64,000 bases of DNA from a virus (taxonomy: Duplodnaviria > Caudoviricetes): positions 1 through 64,000 of the IMG/VR virus record IMGVR_UViG_2531839010_000002; one strand, given 5' to 3'. This document shows, one piece after another, positions 63,961 to 64,000 of the stretch; positions within the stretch are counted from its first letter, which is position 1; every line of letters begins with the position of its first letter. Below the pieces are notes generated by a model that ran no database searches, had not been told where the DNA came from, and worked only from the letters and a program-made list of their open reading frames with translations. The position numbers were made by a program, and so were the translations under genes.

Positions 63961-64000
63961 GACGCAGAGCCGATGAAATTGTGGAACAATTCACGAATCA

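Larger units (their letters stand above)
31749..64000 (+). mobile_element. Clostridial integrative conjugative element (CTn2/CTn5/Tn1549-like backbone), left part
   Basis: ParAB, Rep, PcfB, VirD4, VirB2/6/3/4, CHAP, TopB, methylase-helicase gene order. Confidence 0.9.
61020..64000 (+). mobile_element. tnpV-tet(O)-cpp2 integrative mobilisable element inserted in the SNF2 gene (continues beyond the window)
   Basis: Abrupt GC drop and loss of helicase sequence after CCGGGAGAT; tnpV then tet(O) then KTR peptide. Confidence 0.85.

Overview
Three mobile elements, all transcribed on the + strand, fill this window, probably from a Lachnospiraceae/Clostridia chromosome (host is an inference). (1) 1-~31,750 is the right ~32 kb of a siphovirus-type prophage. 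It carries the replication genes, an ArpU/RinA-like late regulator, a tRNA-Met(CAU) with initiator features, the head and tail genes and the lysis genes, plus morons (an acyltransferase-3 and a lipoprotein). It ends at a rumA/rlmD-type att sequence (T-V-H-V-E-T-V-V). (2) From ~31,750 on is a rumA-integrating Clostridial ICE: replacement rumA 3' end, ParA/ParB, Rep, VirD4/VirB2/VirB6/PrgI/VirB4/CHAP, topoisomerase III, CHC2-ArdC-YodL protein and a giant N6-methylase/SNF2 helicase. (3) At ~61,020 the helicase gene is cut by a tnpV-tet(O)-cpp2 mobilisable element that runs off the window. Five observations stand out. First, Com-like zinc-finger micro-genes end in GAGCC repeats that overlap a hairpin; in the phage this hairpin hides the Shine-Dalgarno (SD) of the tape-measure gene, and the layout recurs after tet(O). 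Second, a MuF-type minor capsid protein carries a JAB/MPN C-terminal domain, an internal promoter and a coupled micro-ORF. Third, a complete tnpV homologue is nested in the +1 frame of the ICE helicase gene. Fourth, a dispersed 16-bp palindrome family (GTTGYGAYRTCRCAAC) runs through the prophage. Fifth, a 25-bp perfect palindrome lies inside the ICE parB gene. No database searches were possible, so all family names come from motif recognition.
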